64,000 nucleotides of DNA from a virus. Within the stretch, counting starts at the first letter, position 1. Each line of letters begins with the position of its first letter. Below are positions 18,729-28,706 of this stretch, one piece after another. Under the pieces are notes generated by a model. The model saw nothing but the letters and a program-made list of their open reading frames with translations, was not told where the DNA came from and searched no databases. The stretch covers positions 1 through 64,000 of the IMG/VR virus record IMGVR_UViG_3300031576_000012; one strand, 5' to 3'. The position numbers and the translations under genes are program-made.

Positions 18729-19387
18729 ACATTCTTTTCCTTAACACAGTTTAACATAAGTTTAGCCACATGTCTAATTTCTGGTTGAGCATGATCTGAA
18801 TTACGAAGTTTCTGATAATTAGCAAAGCTTCTTAGATTGAAGATAGTTGTACGTTCTGTCATTCCACCTGTAGGTACTACTCCTCTTGCTATTTCTCTAA
18901 CACGCTTGTACTCTTTATTAGTAATAATACCAGCATCTTGAGCCTGTTTAGAAAAGTAGATCATGTCATTATATGCTGCAATAGCTGCATCATGCATGAA
19001 TTCTAAATTGTTGGTAAGTTGATTTGAGATAGGAGGACTAACTGTTTCTACTCTCTTCATCATCTCTTTCACATCATCTGGGATGCTGTAATAATCACTT
19101 GGCAATGTTCTATATCTTCCTGATAATCCATTATGAGATGCGATGCGGTGTGTTACAACTTGTCTATCTGTGAAGATAGGAATACGCATCCAAAACTTGA
19201 AAATTACAGATTCAAACGGGGTACCATGACTACCATTTGCCATTAGGTTAATAACTCTCTTAACCTCTTCTTCAGTTCTGTTTTGTTTTTTGTCTTGATC
19301 TAAGCTGCTAGTCCATGCAGTTTCAGCTATACCTCTGTCTGAACCCATCGTGTCAATCAACTGAACCTGTATTTGCTCAAACCCCAT
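18680..19387 (-). CDS. thyX: flavin-dependent thymidylate synthase
   Basis: HGTPFE, THRIASHNGLSGRY, ARGVVP, NLRSF, RNSDHAQPEIR. Confidence 0.95.
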   Translation of the reverse strand: MGFEQIQVQLIDTMGSDRGIAETAWTSSLDQDKKQNRTEEEVKRVINLMANGSHGTPFESVIFKFWMRIPIFTDRQVVTHRIASHNGLSGRYRTLPSDYYSIPDDVKEMMKRVETVSPPISNQLTNNLEFMHDAAIAAYNDMIYFSKQAQDAGIITNKEYKRVREIARGVVPTGGMTERTTIFNLRSFANYQKLRNSDHAQPEIRHVAKLMLNCVKEKNVCPIAISALEAKGWVI

Positions 19388-19814
19388 AATAATACCCCTC
19401 TAGAATTTCTTTAAACCTTTTTGTTTTTAAATATGCCCCATTTTTGAATTCAATAGCACCTATTTTTATTAAAAAGTATCCTATCTCGTGTAAGGAAGTA
19501 TGGGCTTGTCTATGTTTAGAATGATTTTCACAAAGAAATAAGTTATCAATTTTATTATTAAGTTTGTCTCCATCAATATGATGAATGGTTTCTTTTTTAA
19601 GAAGTTTTCTTCCTAAATGTTTCTCTATTACAACTCTATGTTCTCTTTCATAAACAGACCAAGGGGATTTAACATTAATTCTATCTCTAATAGTTACTAA
19701 TCTATAACCATCACTACTAATGTAAGAACCACCTTTCCAATTAGGAGACTTTGAACCTAGTTGGTCTTTTCTTTGAATTCCTTTGGGATTAGCATTTTTA
19801 TGTTCTTTTGCCAT
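19377..19814 (-). CDS. HNH endonuclease
   Basis: PNWKGG, EHRVVIEKHLGR, IHHIDGDKLNNKIDNL. Confidence 0.9.
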   Translation of the reverse strand: MAKEHKNANPKGIQRKDQLGSKSPNWKGGSYISSDGYRLVTIRDRINVKSPWSVYEREHRVVIEKHLGRKLLKKETIHHIDGDKLNNKIDNLFLCENHSKHRQAHTSLHEIGYFLIKIGAIEFKNGAYLKTKRFKEILEGYYYGV

Positions 19815-19830
19815 GTTGTCCTTTAAAAAA

Positions 19831-19912
19831 TGGAGAGCCTAACAGCAAGCACTACATTTCTGTAGCCTGGGTCTTTCGAGGTCTCTGGTCTACTCTCCTG
19901 CTACTATAGACC
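19831..19912 (-). ncRNA. candidate small structured RNA
   Basis: GC-rich intergenic segment; GGAGAG/CTCTCC closing stem then T6; GCTACA-GAAA-TGTAGT hairpin; alternative GGTCTA/TAGACC stem. Confidence 0.45.
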
Positions 19913-19931
19913 TTTTTTCGCAGTTTTTCCT

Positions 19932-20132
19932 TTAGGAAGCTGTGACGTTTGAAGCTTGGGCACCTTTAGCGCCTTGAGTCACTTCGTACTCAACTGCATC
20001 ACCCTCTCGTAGGGTCTTAAAACCTTCTCCGCTGATTCCTGTGTGGTGAACGAATACATCTTTACCGTCTTCGCCTGTAATAAATCCGAAGCCTTTTTTC
20101 TCGTTAAACCACTTTACTGTTCCTTTATTCAC
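19932..20132 (-). CDS. cspA: cold-shock protein
   Basis: [29 protein letters not shown]1/RNP2 motifs. Confidence 0.97.
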   Translation of the reverse strand: MNKGTVKWFNEKKGFGFITGEDGKDVFVHHTGISGEGFKTLREGDAVEYEVTQGAKGAQASNVTAS

Positions 20133-20350
20133 TTAGTACTCCTGTTTCTTGTTTTTCTAGATTATTAATTACTATACAATCACTTATGTCTTTAAGGGCA
20201 CGTCTGTACCCTCTTGCATGAATCTCTGTTATCTTACCTCTTTTTTGAAGGTAATCCAAGGCTGCGTTCATACCTAACAGTCTTGTCTTAAGTGTCTCAA
20301 TTGGTCTCATTATAGCTCCTTATTGGGGTTAATGCGCCTTTTAAGGCACT

Positions 20351-20563
20351 TTATCGTCTTTTCCTGGCTAGGGCAGCTATCAGCATGATAACCCCTACAA
20401 ATGTCAATATAGAGGCTACAAGGGCCATTGGTATCCAGATGGGGGATAATACCCACATCCAGGACCAATTAATGACATTTCCCAGCTTTAGACCAATGAA
20501 TAGGAGAGCTAGAAGCCCTGTAAACCCTATTGATGGTCCCTTTATTTCAACTTTATTACTCAC
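20351..20563 (-). CDS. small two-TM membrane protein
   Basis: LLFIGLKLGNVINWSWMWVLSPIW, a pattern recurrent in phage membrane proteins. Confidence 0.75.
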   Translation of the reverse strand: MSNKVEIKGPSIGFTGLLALLFIGLKLGNVINWSWMWVLSPIWIPMALVASILTFVGVIMLIAALARKRR

Positions 20564-21393
20564 GTTATCCTACCTTTACTTGATGAAGTTTATAGTCCCT
20601 AGTTCTGTTCAAATGATCGTTCTTACATCTCCACATGATACCAGATTGTTTAACGCCTTGAGTTTTAGCAACTAGGACAGCAATTGCTTCTTCACCACAG
20701 TCATGGCACTTATTTTCAATCTTTTCTTTGATTAAAGCCATTACTTAGCCTTTACCTTCCAGAATTCAGATTCAAGGGCTTGTTTCCCTACTGTCTCAAT
20801 GATTCGTGCTCTAAGTTCAAAAAGCTTATCCCAAGTTGCTTGGTCGAATTGGCCTTTATTTCGGCTGTAATGAGTCATAAACCATTGGAGTCTAGCAAAG
20901 CTTCCATTTAAAAGTTGTCTATTCGTCATCTTTTTTTCCTAAAGTTTGGTTAGAAACATCAATAATCATTGTACCGTCTTCACATTCTTTAATGAATGCA
21001 TCGTCATCTTCGATAGTAATAGTCATATCAGGAGTAACTATTTCATAATCTTCTCCTGTAGCAGCATCACGAAAGATAGTAGGCATATGTATAAGTTCTC
21101 CCTTTCTAGCGGTAAAGCTCCCTCCTACAAATAGATAGCCTTTTAGCCCTTTTGCTGATTTAGTCTGTTTCACTTTAATCTATCTCCCCTACAATTATTA
21201 AAGCACCTGTCATATAAATTGGGTATTTTCTTTTTGTAAATCCTATCAGTTCAAATTCTGTTCCTGCTTTAAATATCTGTTTTATCGGACTACCACTGGG
21301 CCGTTTAAGAAGCTTTTCTCCCCCACTGAAAGGATCTGATAATATCCATTGAGATGCTTCTTTCATAACTTTTTTATCGCCAATTTTCATATC

Positions 21394-21621
21394 TCACTCA
21401 ATGTAAGCTATTATACACCCTTTATTGTTGTTGTCAAATGTCCAAGATATCTCATACTCTTGTAAGGTATCTATTACTTCGGATCTAATTTTACCATGTC
21501 CTGTTATCAATGTCAACTTATGTGATTTTCTGGTCTTAAGTACCTGAAATAATAGAGAATCCATATGAGCTGAAGCCTGTTCTAATCGTAACCCGTGGAA
21601 ATCCTTCTCTATTTTAATCAT
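21394..21621 (-). CDS. stand-alone Smr-domain protein
   Basis: DFHGL..EQA, LITGHG, NKG motifs. Confidence 0.85.
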   Translation of the reverse strand: MIKIEKDFHGLRLEQASAHMDSLLFQVLKTRKSHKLTLITGHGKIRSEVIDTLQEYEISWTFDNNNKGCIIAYIE

Positions 21622-22098
21622 ATCATGCCCTTTTTAATAGGTTTCATCATAGGTTGTGTTATCTCGTCTTTATCTTTATCTGAACCTATTTCAATAAGGT
21701 CTACATAATCAACATCTATAATTTTAAATCCATACGGACCATCTGTTCCCTTTATTCTGGGATCTCCTTCACAGTCTGGGCAATACCTCTCTATGTTAAA
21801 AAGTGGCTTAGTGTCTCTGCCACACTTTTTACATTTAAACTCCGTATGATTGATCCTTTTCGGCATTACATGTACTCTGTTTCCTTTGGCTTAATCTTAA
21901 ACGATTTAAACATTTTTATCAAGCAATGTTCACAAATTGAGAACCAATATCTTGTGGCATCTGATAATACTACAGACTCCCAATGCCCAGTAACTCCTAT
22001 CTCTTCTATACCTGTGAACAATTCTGCTGGGTAGTCTTTAGCACAATTATTGCACGTATATGTTTGTACCGCATCTACCTCTATCTTCTTGATTTTAA

Positions 22099-22587
22099 TC
22101 ATATATTTGTTATCACCTGAAATCTATCGTCTAATAATTTAGACACAATTGGTTTAACTTCTTTCTCCCAATTTCTTCCACCATTTCCGCATCCTGGACG
22201 AGGCAAAACTACTGAAGTGTACTTCTTTTCATTAGTAATAGCAACTAACTCTCTACAGCTTTGTGCTATTAAATCAAGATCAGCTTTATCCCACCAATAC
22301 TTCTTAACAGGGAAGGTAAGCATATCTTGCGTATTATAGCCAGATGCTTCGTCTATGTAATTAGTTATAACAGTATGAATTTTAAATACATGATTCCCGT
22401 TGGCTTTAATTAAAGACCCAGCATGTTTACTTAAACCTGGGTACCTATCACTAGCCTCTTTAGCACAACCTCTACCCATTACCAACGTTCCATCTTTCTT
22501 GATGAAGGCATTAGTAGTAATACATATGGCTGATGCTTCTTTTTGCGCCCAAAGATTTCCAGTGATCTCTTTCATTAAAACCCCCAA
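22099..22587 (-). CDS. macrodomain (ADP-ribosyl hydrolase-like) protein
   Basis: ITGNLW, ITTN, VMGRGCA, FPVK..W, LPRPGCGNGG..W. Confidence 0.85.
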   Translation of the reverse strand: MGVLMKEITGNLWAQKEASAICITTNAFIKKDGTLVMGRGCAKEASDRYPGLSKHAGSLIKANGNHVFKIHTVITNYIDEASGYNTQDMLTFPVKKYWWDKADLDLIAQSCRELVAITNEKKYTSVVLPRPGCGNGGRNWEKEVKPIVSKLLDDRFQVITNI

Positions 22588-22792
22588 GGATCTGGTATTA
22601 ACTTATGTCCTGCTTCAATAGCTTGTTCAAAAGTATCTGCTGAAACAGACACAGGCTCATCCTGTATATCCGTCCACGAAATCTTATACTCATAGCATGA
22701 ACCACAAAGACACCCCTTTGCTAAGGTATATTCTATCTTGGCAAACTGTTCAACAATCATACCTGATAGCCAACCTAATTTCTCTTTGTCTG

Positions 22793-23353
22793 TCATGACG
22801 TAATCTCACCTTTAATAATCTGTTTGATCGTTTCAATATTAACAGGGTAGTAATCCCAATTCTCTACAGCAACACAAATCATTTTACCACTGATCTTCCA
22901 ATGACCATGTACGTGCCCATGAATAAGCCAACCACCTTCATTCTTAGGTCTGCGTTCCATATATTTAAGGTGGTAGTCCTTATCTTCCTCACTAGGTTTA
23001 GGGGCGTAGGGGTAATGACACAATAATACTGGGATACCATCAATGTCAATAGTCTTTCTATCTACCACTTCAACGAAGCCTGCTTTAAGAAACAACTCAG
23101 AGCCTCTATCATGATTACCCCTAATCAGAGTCTTTACCCCATTAAGAGCTGTTGATAAAATGGCCACATCTTCTCTTTTACCAAAAGTAAAATCACCCAG
23201 ATAGTAGACTGTATCCTCTGGCTTTACGACTTCATTCCATCTTTTAGTCATCTCAGTATTCATGTGCCACGTATTACCAAAAGGTCTATCCTCGTATTTG
23301 ATGATGTTCTTGTGGCTAAAATGGTGATCTGATGTGAACCAAATTGTGCTCAT
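22793..23353 (-). CDS. calcineurin-like metallophosphoesterase
   Basis: SDHHFSH, LGDF, GNHD, HYP, HGHVH. Confidence 0.92.
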   Translation of the reverse strand: MSTIWFTSDHHFSHKNIIKYEDRPFGNTWHMNTEMTKRWNEVVKPEDTVYYLGDFTFGKREDVAILSTALNGVKTLIRGNHDRGSELFLKAGFVEVVDRKTIDIDGIPVLLCHYPYAPKPSEEDKDYHLKYMERRPKNEGGWLIHGHVHGHWKISGKMICVAVENWDYYPVNIETIKQIIKGEITS

Positions 23354-23726
23354 ATTCTTCTTTAAGGCCCTTATCTTTAATAAACTTTTCTGCTTTTTCT
23401 AGCTTTTGTTTTGTAGTTACACGTACAAACTTTACTGGCATATTTGAAGTTACGTCCCAGAGAATCACGTTTCTTCCGCTTTGAGAGCATTTTACTTTCC
23501 CAACTTCTTGTACAAGAGACATATTTCTAAGTTCAGCAAATCTAGTATTAGTAGAATAAGCTCTGATTTTTAAAGAGTTAGTTGATTTAGCTATATGATG
23601 AAATACTTCATTAGCTGTTAAAGGCCCATAATTAAAGAGAACATCATATACTTCTTGTTGTCGAATTCCTAATGTGCCTGAAGTTTTTAAATAGTTATAT
23701 GCTTCAATACTAGTTTGTCGTGTCAT
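23316..23726 (-). CDS. winged-HTH-like phage protein
   Basis: Start reassigned to MTRQTSIEAY (AAGGAGA SD); YGPLTANEV, TRFAELRNMSLV. Confidence 0.65.
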   Translation of the reverse strand: MTRQTSIEAYNYLKTSGTLGIRQQEVYDVLFNYGPLTANEVFHHIAKSTNSLKIRAYSTNTRFAELRNMSLVQEVGKVKCSQSGRNVILWDVTSNMPVKFVRVTTKQKLEKAEKFIKDKGLKEEYEHNLVHIRSPF

Positions 23727-23753
23727 TTTATCTCCTTTTATAGTTAATCCCTC

Positions 23754-23828
23754 TGGCTCCGAGCCTACGATTCGAACGTAGAACTTACGCTTTAACAGAG
23801 CGCCGTGATACCATTTCACCAGCTCGGA
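23754..23828 (-). tRNA. tRNA-Asn (GTT)
   Basis: Acceptor TCCGAGC/GCTCGGA, anticodon arm GCGCT-CTGTTAA-AGCGT, T arm CTACG-TTCGAAT-CGTAG, CCA. Confidence 0.95.
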
Positions 23829-24362
23829 CCACAAGAATCAACCATTCTGTTTTGATCTTAGCATAGCTTCCATAGTCTCTGCAACATTTAACATAAAATA
23901 GGTCTGTATTTCAGATTCTATAAAATGATACCTTCTAGGAATCAAAAGAGGAGATAAACCAATAGCTACTCCTGTTATCCTATCCCCACTTACTTCTACT
24001 ATCTTTAGTTTAGGTGGTTGACTAGTAACCCCAGCTAAACTACTATTATGCTCTGGTACTTGTCTTCTATCGTATATTTGACCCACTCTTACCATTATTT
24101 AAACTCTTTAATAACATCATCTAAAGATTTTTTATCTCTTACTCTTGTAGAAACAGCTTCTACAATAGCTCCTAAAAGTACTTCTTTAGAATCATTAGTA
24201 AAGAATCTAACCCAAGATTCTTGACCAGTGTAATCTTCTTCTACTCTTGCTTCATAAGGGACTTCTAGGGCCTTTAAAACTTCTGTAATCTCATTTAGAA
24301 AAGTAATGTGTCTCCTAGTATGAGGTACACTTACAGCGCATGTTGTTAGTTTTTCCATATCC

Positions 24363-24905
24363 TTAATTCCAAGTACGATGTTTCTCAGCAACCCATTCAG
24401 CTCCATCATATTCTTGAATTTCCCATTCTACATCATCTGGGATTTCAACTATCTTATGGGATGAGCATCTTCCACCAGCTTGTTCTCCTAATTCTTGTAT
24501 TGTTTGGATTAAGTGAACGTCGTCCCTTGCAATATCTCTATCATAAAGATCTTTGTCTCTATCTTGTCCAATATGATAATGAACCATTGGACCCCAACTA
24601 TCAGTATCATCTAGTAGCTTTTTCATAAAGGCTTCCGCTGCTTCTTTACCAAACGTATTTTCAATATCTGTAAGAGTCATGCTCGGACCCCAAATAGTAT
24701 CTTTTTCCCCAGTAAAATCTCTATCTGGAAGATCTAATGCGGATCTAACTTGGCTCTCACTAGAATACCAATTAAGATCAATACCTTTAAGTTGAGCAAA
24801 TCTTACATATCCCTTGTGAGAAAGCCCAAAACCACCATGATTCTCATTAATTACTATCTTTTTCATATTTACCTCAAATTGTAAAAGTAAAGTAAAGCCG
24901 CCCAA
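24363..24905 (-). CDS. conserved phage hypothetical protein
   Basis: KIVINENHGGFGLS...RDD..LIQTIQELG...IVEIPDDVEWEIQEYDGAEW; likely start MKKIVIN. Confidence 0.75.
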   Translation of the reverse strand: MGGFTLLLQFEVNMKKIVINENHGGFGLSHKGYVRFAQLKGIDLNWYSSESQVRSALDLPDRDFTGEKDTIWGPSMTLTDIENTFGKEAAEAFMKKLLDDTDSWGPMVHYHIGQDRDKDLYDRDIARDDVHLIQTIQELGEQAGGRCSSHKIVEIPDDVEWEIQEYDGAEWVAEKHRTWN

Positions 24906-25399
24906 CCAGAGGGTAGGCTTTGTGGGTCTGTTTCTAATTCCTTGCCATATTTCACTGCCATTTCAAGCATAAACTTAGCATGAAAGAAAGCTTGTAGCAT
25001 TGGAAGGGTGTGTGTATCCCAATCAGAATTATGATTTAGGTTAAAAGTTTTACCTGTGCCTTTTGCATAGATATCTTCATAGCTGAAATCAAACTCTGTT
25101 GGACGCCTAAAATATGGCTCTTTCCCTTTTTCCTTTAGTTCTTCTTTCCGTTTATCCCATTGTTCCTGTTCTTCTTTGATCCATGTAAGATCTGGAGCTA
25201 AACTCTTTAGGAGCTTAGTAATCTCTTCTGTATAGCCTTGGATATAATAAACCTTAAATGAATGATGATAGTAACGGTAGATCAAATCTTCATAAGTCCA
25301 ATGACTATTTACTTTAGTAAGCAACTCTTCAAGCTCAGGTAATCTAGACTTGATATTTTTAAGTAGCTCTCCATGCTTTGCGTATCTGTCAGTGCTCAT
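24869..25399 (-). CDS. hypothetical protein
   Basis: 176 aa ORF; YEDLIYRYYHHSFKVY, LPSGWAALLY. Confidence 0.7.
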   Translation of the reverse strand: MSTDRYAKHGELLKNIKSRLPELEELLTKVNSHWTYEDLIYRYYHHSFKVYYIQGYTEEITKLLKSLAPDLTWIKEEQEQWDKRKEELKEKGKEPYFRRPTEFDFSYEDIYAKGTGKTFNLNHNSDWDTHTLPMLQAFFHAKFMLEMAVKYGKELETDPQSLPSGWAALLYFYNLR

Positions 25400-25965
25400 A
25401 AATTATAACTCCGTCCATTTCCTTTTGTCATAGGGACTTCACAATCTTGTTTTGCAATCGCTATGAACATACTTCTAATATATATGATATAATACTTTTC
25501 GTCAAGTTGAATCGGATCATAAAGAGTAGTACTAAAGGGCTGTATAACAGTGCCTTTAGGAATGTAACTAGGTCTTATCGAATTAAACTTAGCCCCTGCT
25601 CTCACAAGCTTATACTCATCCCCTTGTGGGTTCTTCGATATGATGTCTACTTTTATTACAATCTCCATTATGTTTACCATTCAGTGCCCCACAAGTAGGA
25701 CAAAGCCCCATTGTTAAAGCCATTTGGTATAGCTCTTCTTTAATTTTTATCATATCAAATTTATCTTGTAGAGTCATCACACCAATCACCATCTATATCA
25801 AAATTAGTAAATATATCTGAAATACTATGATATGACGTTTCATAGGCTGTATTTAATTTAAAAAAAGGAACAAAAGAATCTTCATACCTAAATACTCCGG
25901 CACACCAATAAGGGCCATTTCTTAAGAATTTATGATACAGAATCTTTCCTTTTCCTAGCATGCCT

Positions 25966-26571
25966 CTATTTTATGCCTAGCACTTCTAGTTTGTCAAGAA
26001 TAACCAAACCTGCGATATTAAAATCTTGCCCTACTTTTGCTAATAGTTTCGCGGTGTTATAGGCATCAGCTAAAGCCCTATGTTGTTTACCATATAGGGG
26101 ATCAAACTCAAGCCCCCAAGCCAGTAACATACCCCCTAGCCCGTTAGAAGGTTTCTTCCCTGTAAGAGCATTAATAAAGGTCATAGCACTTTTGGCTTCG
26201 AAGAACTTACGTCTAAAGTTGTATTGAACTAGGTTAACATCCAAGTATTTTTGAAGGTAAGGGATATCTGCTCCCCACGCACCTAATACGATATTCTTTG
26301 TTTTCTTGGTAGCCCACAATTCAAAGTCATACATGACCTCAATTAAACATCTTCCCTTGCTATCCATTTCTTCTTGAGTAATCCCTGTAAGCTCAATGAT
26401 CTCTTGTTGAAGAGGCTTAGATACAGTAATTAGGGCAGTGAAGGGAACTGGGTCAATTGTTCCATCTCGGTTAAACCTAACTGCTCCTAGTTCAATAATC
26501 TCTTCTTTTGTAGGATCATTGGGGTAGTTAATCTCAAGATCAAGGACAATAACGTCATAAGGTAATTTCAT
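25966..26571 (-). CDS. DEDDh 3'-5' exonuclease
   Basis: VLDLE, EIIELGAV, LTGITQ, WGAD, HRALADA. Confidence 0.9.
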   Translation of the reverse strand: MKLPYDVIVLDLEINYPNDPTKEEIIELGAVRFNRDGTIDPVPFTALITVSKPLQQEIIELTGITQEEMDSKGRCLIEVMYDFELWATKKTKNIVLGAWGADIPYLQKYLDVNLVQYNFRRKFFEAKSAMTFINALTGKKPSNGLGGMLLAWGLEFDPLYGKQHRALADAYNTAKLLAKVGQDFNIAGLVILDKLEVLGIK

Positions 26572-26918
26572 AATAGTGTCAACTTTCCTGTAATCTTATC
26601 TACATCTTCTGCTTTAGCCGGTCCAATGGCAAGAGCTGTGATTGTTGGCTCTTTAAATTCTGTTCTGCCTGCATCCATAACAACGTAATAGGGTACATCA
26701 GCAATGATAGCACTTTGAGCTAATACTAACAACTCCTGCTCGCTCTCTACCCCAACACAAATCTTTGTAGATCCTTCTTTTTTCCACTCACTAACAACTC
26801 GTCTATTCATAAGGGACATATTCTTAATAGCCCCGATAGATGCATGAGCACCTTGGACTACCATCTTACCCTTACGCATATTCAAGTCTTTACGCATTAT
26901 AATGACTTGTTTGATCAT
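26568..26918 (-). CDS. pth2: peptidyl-tRNA hydrolase type 2
   Basis: KQVIIMRKDLNMRKGKMVVQGAHA, DAGRTEF, TALAIGP, VDKITGKL. Confidence 0.95.
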   Translation of the reverse strand: MIKQVIIMRKDLNMRKGKMVVQGAHASIGAIKNMSLMNRRVVSEWKKEGSTKICVGVESEQELLVLAQSAIIADVPYYVVMDAGRTEFKEPTITALAIGPAKAEDVDKITGKLTLL

Positions 26919-27189
26919 TATCCATGCCTACAATCTGTAAAAGATAAGTACTGTTTAAAGTTTCAATCACCATGCTAAGACCATCATCTGTTTCTGTAAC
27001 TTTTTGAACAATAGAAGTTGTTAGTCTTCTGTAGTCCATATCTTTGTTTATAGGAGCACCATAAATACTGAAAGATTCTCCTACTGTTGGAAGTTTCTCA
27101 AAATCTCCATCTACAAATTTAGATCGTACTGGATTTTCACTAACATCATCATTTTTTGTTTCTAGTTTTGTAAGTTTTCCTGAATACAT
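26890..27189 (-). CDS. hypothetical protein
   Basis: Strong SD; LTTSIVQKV..IETLNSTY. Confidence 0.7.
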   Translation of the reverse strand: MYSGKLTKLETKNDDVSENPVRSKFVDGDFEKLPTVGESFSIYGAPINKDMDYRRLTTSIVQKVTETDDGLSMVIETLNSTYLLQIVGMDNDQTSHYNA

Positions 27190-27217
27190 ATTTTCTCCTT
27201 TTCTCCTACAATTAGGA

Positions 27218-27250
27218 GGGGGGACAGGTACTTTAATTTCCCTATCCCCC
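27218..27250 (-). terminator. GC-rich hairpin downstream of the collagen gene
   Basis: GGGGGATAGG/CCTGTCCCCC stem; lacks a clear U-tract, so it may be a stabilising hairpin. Confidence 0.45.
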
Positions 27251-27261
27251 TTGTTGTATGG

Positions 27262-28002
27262 CTAGAACGTGATTAAATATAACTTCGTACTTGACTCAAT
27301 TACAATCATAAGGTCACTTCTAAAGAAGACCTCATCTGCATTAGGAGTCAACGATACGATTTTTTGGTTGGAGGTACAGCTAGATGTTGGATACAAATCT
27401 ACTGCACTGGAACCACTAGACTTAGCATATAAGCCTGGTACAACCAAACTACAGCTAGTTCCTACAGTTACAGGAGTTAGGCTTGAACCATTTTCCCCAT
27501 CATTCCCGTCTTCACCATCAGCTCCAGCGGGGCCTTGTGGACCAGCAGGCCCTTGAGGACCAATTGGACCTTCAGGACCAGTTTCTCCAATAGCACCATC
27601 AGATCCATTTGCACCGTCTTCTCCGTCTGCTCCATCACTTCCATTTTCACCAGCTGGACCTACAGGGCCTTGTGGACCTTCGGGACCAGGAGCACCATCA
27701 CAAACAACTGCAACTGAACTCTCGATAATTTCATTAAGATCCAAATTACCGCTTCTATTAAGATCCAAACCTGAAGCAAATAGGAATCCAGAACCCGATT
27801 GACAAACATTCTCTTCAGAATTCAATCGTGTGAAGGTGATAAGACTATTAAATCCGTCTTGACCATCTGCACCATTAGCACCATTTGCTCCGTCTGCACC
27901 ATTTACCCCATCTAGGCCAGTAAGTTTTACTTGCTCTAGGTCTCCGCAGCTACAGAGTACCAGGGTTAAAGCTGCTAGAATTACTTTCTTAAACATTTTC
28001 AT
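27262..28002 (-). CDS. collagen-like lipoprotein
   Basis: Lipobox LVLCS-C; two Gly-X-Y tracts flanking a C..G.G....[14 protein letters not shown]....VCDG module. Confidence 0.85.
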   Translation of the reverse strand: MKMFKKVILAALTLVLCSCGDLEQVKLTGLDGVNGADGANGANGADGQDGFNSLITFTRLNSEENVCQSGSGFLFASGLDLNRSGNLDLNEIIESSVAVVCDGAPGPEGPQGPVGPAGENGSDGADGEDGANGSDGAIGETGPEGPIGPQGPAGPQGPAGADGEDGNDGENGSSLTPVTVGTSCSLVVPGLYAKSSGSSAVDLYPTSSCTSNQKIVSLTPNADEVFFRSDLMIVIESSTKLYLITF

Positions 28003-28013
28003 TTCTCCTTAAA

Positions 28014-28691
28014 TTAAAAGTCCAAACCAATACCAATGAAGCCTGACTTATTAGTAAAGCCTGCACCCGTTACTGACAATCTGTTATTAAACAGAGGTGT
28101 CAAGAATGAGTAGCTAAGTCCAGCTTCAAGATCGAAGTCTTCCTTAACTACAAAGGTATTAGGGGCTACTAATTTAGCCTTATTCACACCTGATGGAGCA
28201 AGTCCACCAAGTACTGCTACTCTATGTCTACGCACCAATTCTTTAACAACTGGTACTGTTTCTGTCCTTGTTTGAATCAACGGACGTACTAAGATTACAT
28301 CTACTCGCCTGTTGGCTTGCAAATGCTCAGGTAGGTTATCATTTGGAGCAAGAGGTTTCTCTTCTCCTTGGGATACTTCTACCACAATTTGATCTTCTGG
28401 AGCACCAGCTGATACAAGGGCTGCTTTAACTGCATTTGCTCTACGTTCTGCGAGAGCTAGGTTATAAAGTCGGCCTGCACGTTTATCAGCATTTCCAATA
28501 ACAGCTACGATTAGCTTGTTTGCTTTAATACTCTCTGCTGCTAGTTGAAGTTTTTCAACTTCGTTTTCTCTAATAGCAGATTTGTCTGTATCAAAGTGTA
28601 CAGACGTAATTAGTTTATTACTCTTCGCCTCTTCAGCAAAGCATACGCTGCTAACTAACAAAGCAGCAATAACTACTAAGTGTTTAAACAT
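28014..28691 (-). CDS. OmpA-family peptidoglycan-binding protein with C-terminal beta strands
   Basis: Signal peptide; VHFDTDKS, GNAD..., YNLALAERRA, GEEKP, NRRV; ends GFIGIGLDF. Confidence 0.9.
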   Translation of the reverse strand: MFKHLVVIAALLVSSVCFAEEAKSNKLITSVHFDTDKSAIRENEVEKLQLAAESIKANKLIVAVIGNADKRAGRLYNLALAERRANAVKAALVSAGAPEDQIVVEVSQGEEKPLAPNDNLPEHLQANRRVDVILVRPLIQTRTETVPVVKELVRRHRVAVLGGLAPSGVNKAKLVAPNTFVVKEDFDLEAGLSYSFLTPLFNNRLSVTGAGFTNKSGFIGIGLDF

Positions 28692-28706
28692 TACATTTTC
28701 TCCTTG

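Noticed and set aside
19831-19912. Known ribozyme/riboswitch or tRNA assignment
   Set aside because: Lacks the hammerhead CUGANGA core, pistol/twister/HDV cores and a cloverleaf; kept only as an unclassified candidate
23727-23834. N-terminal extension of ORF 23316-23834
   Set aside because: It runs through tRNA-Asn; a strong SD supports the ATG at 23726
27269-27717. Plus-strand ORFs and apparent DNA repeats
   Set aside because: Antisense shadows of the Gly-X-Y collagen gene
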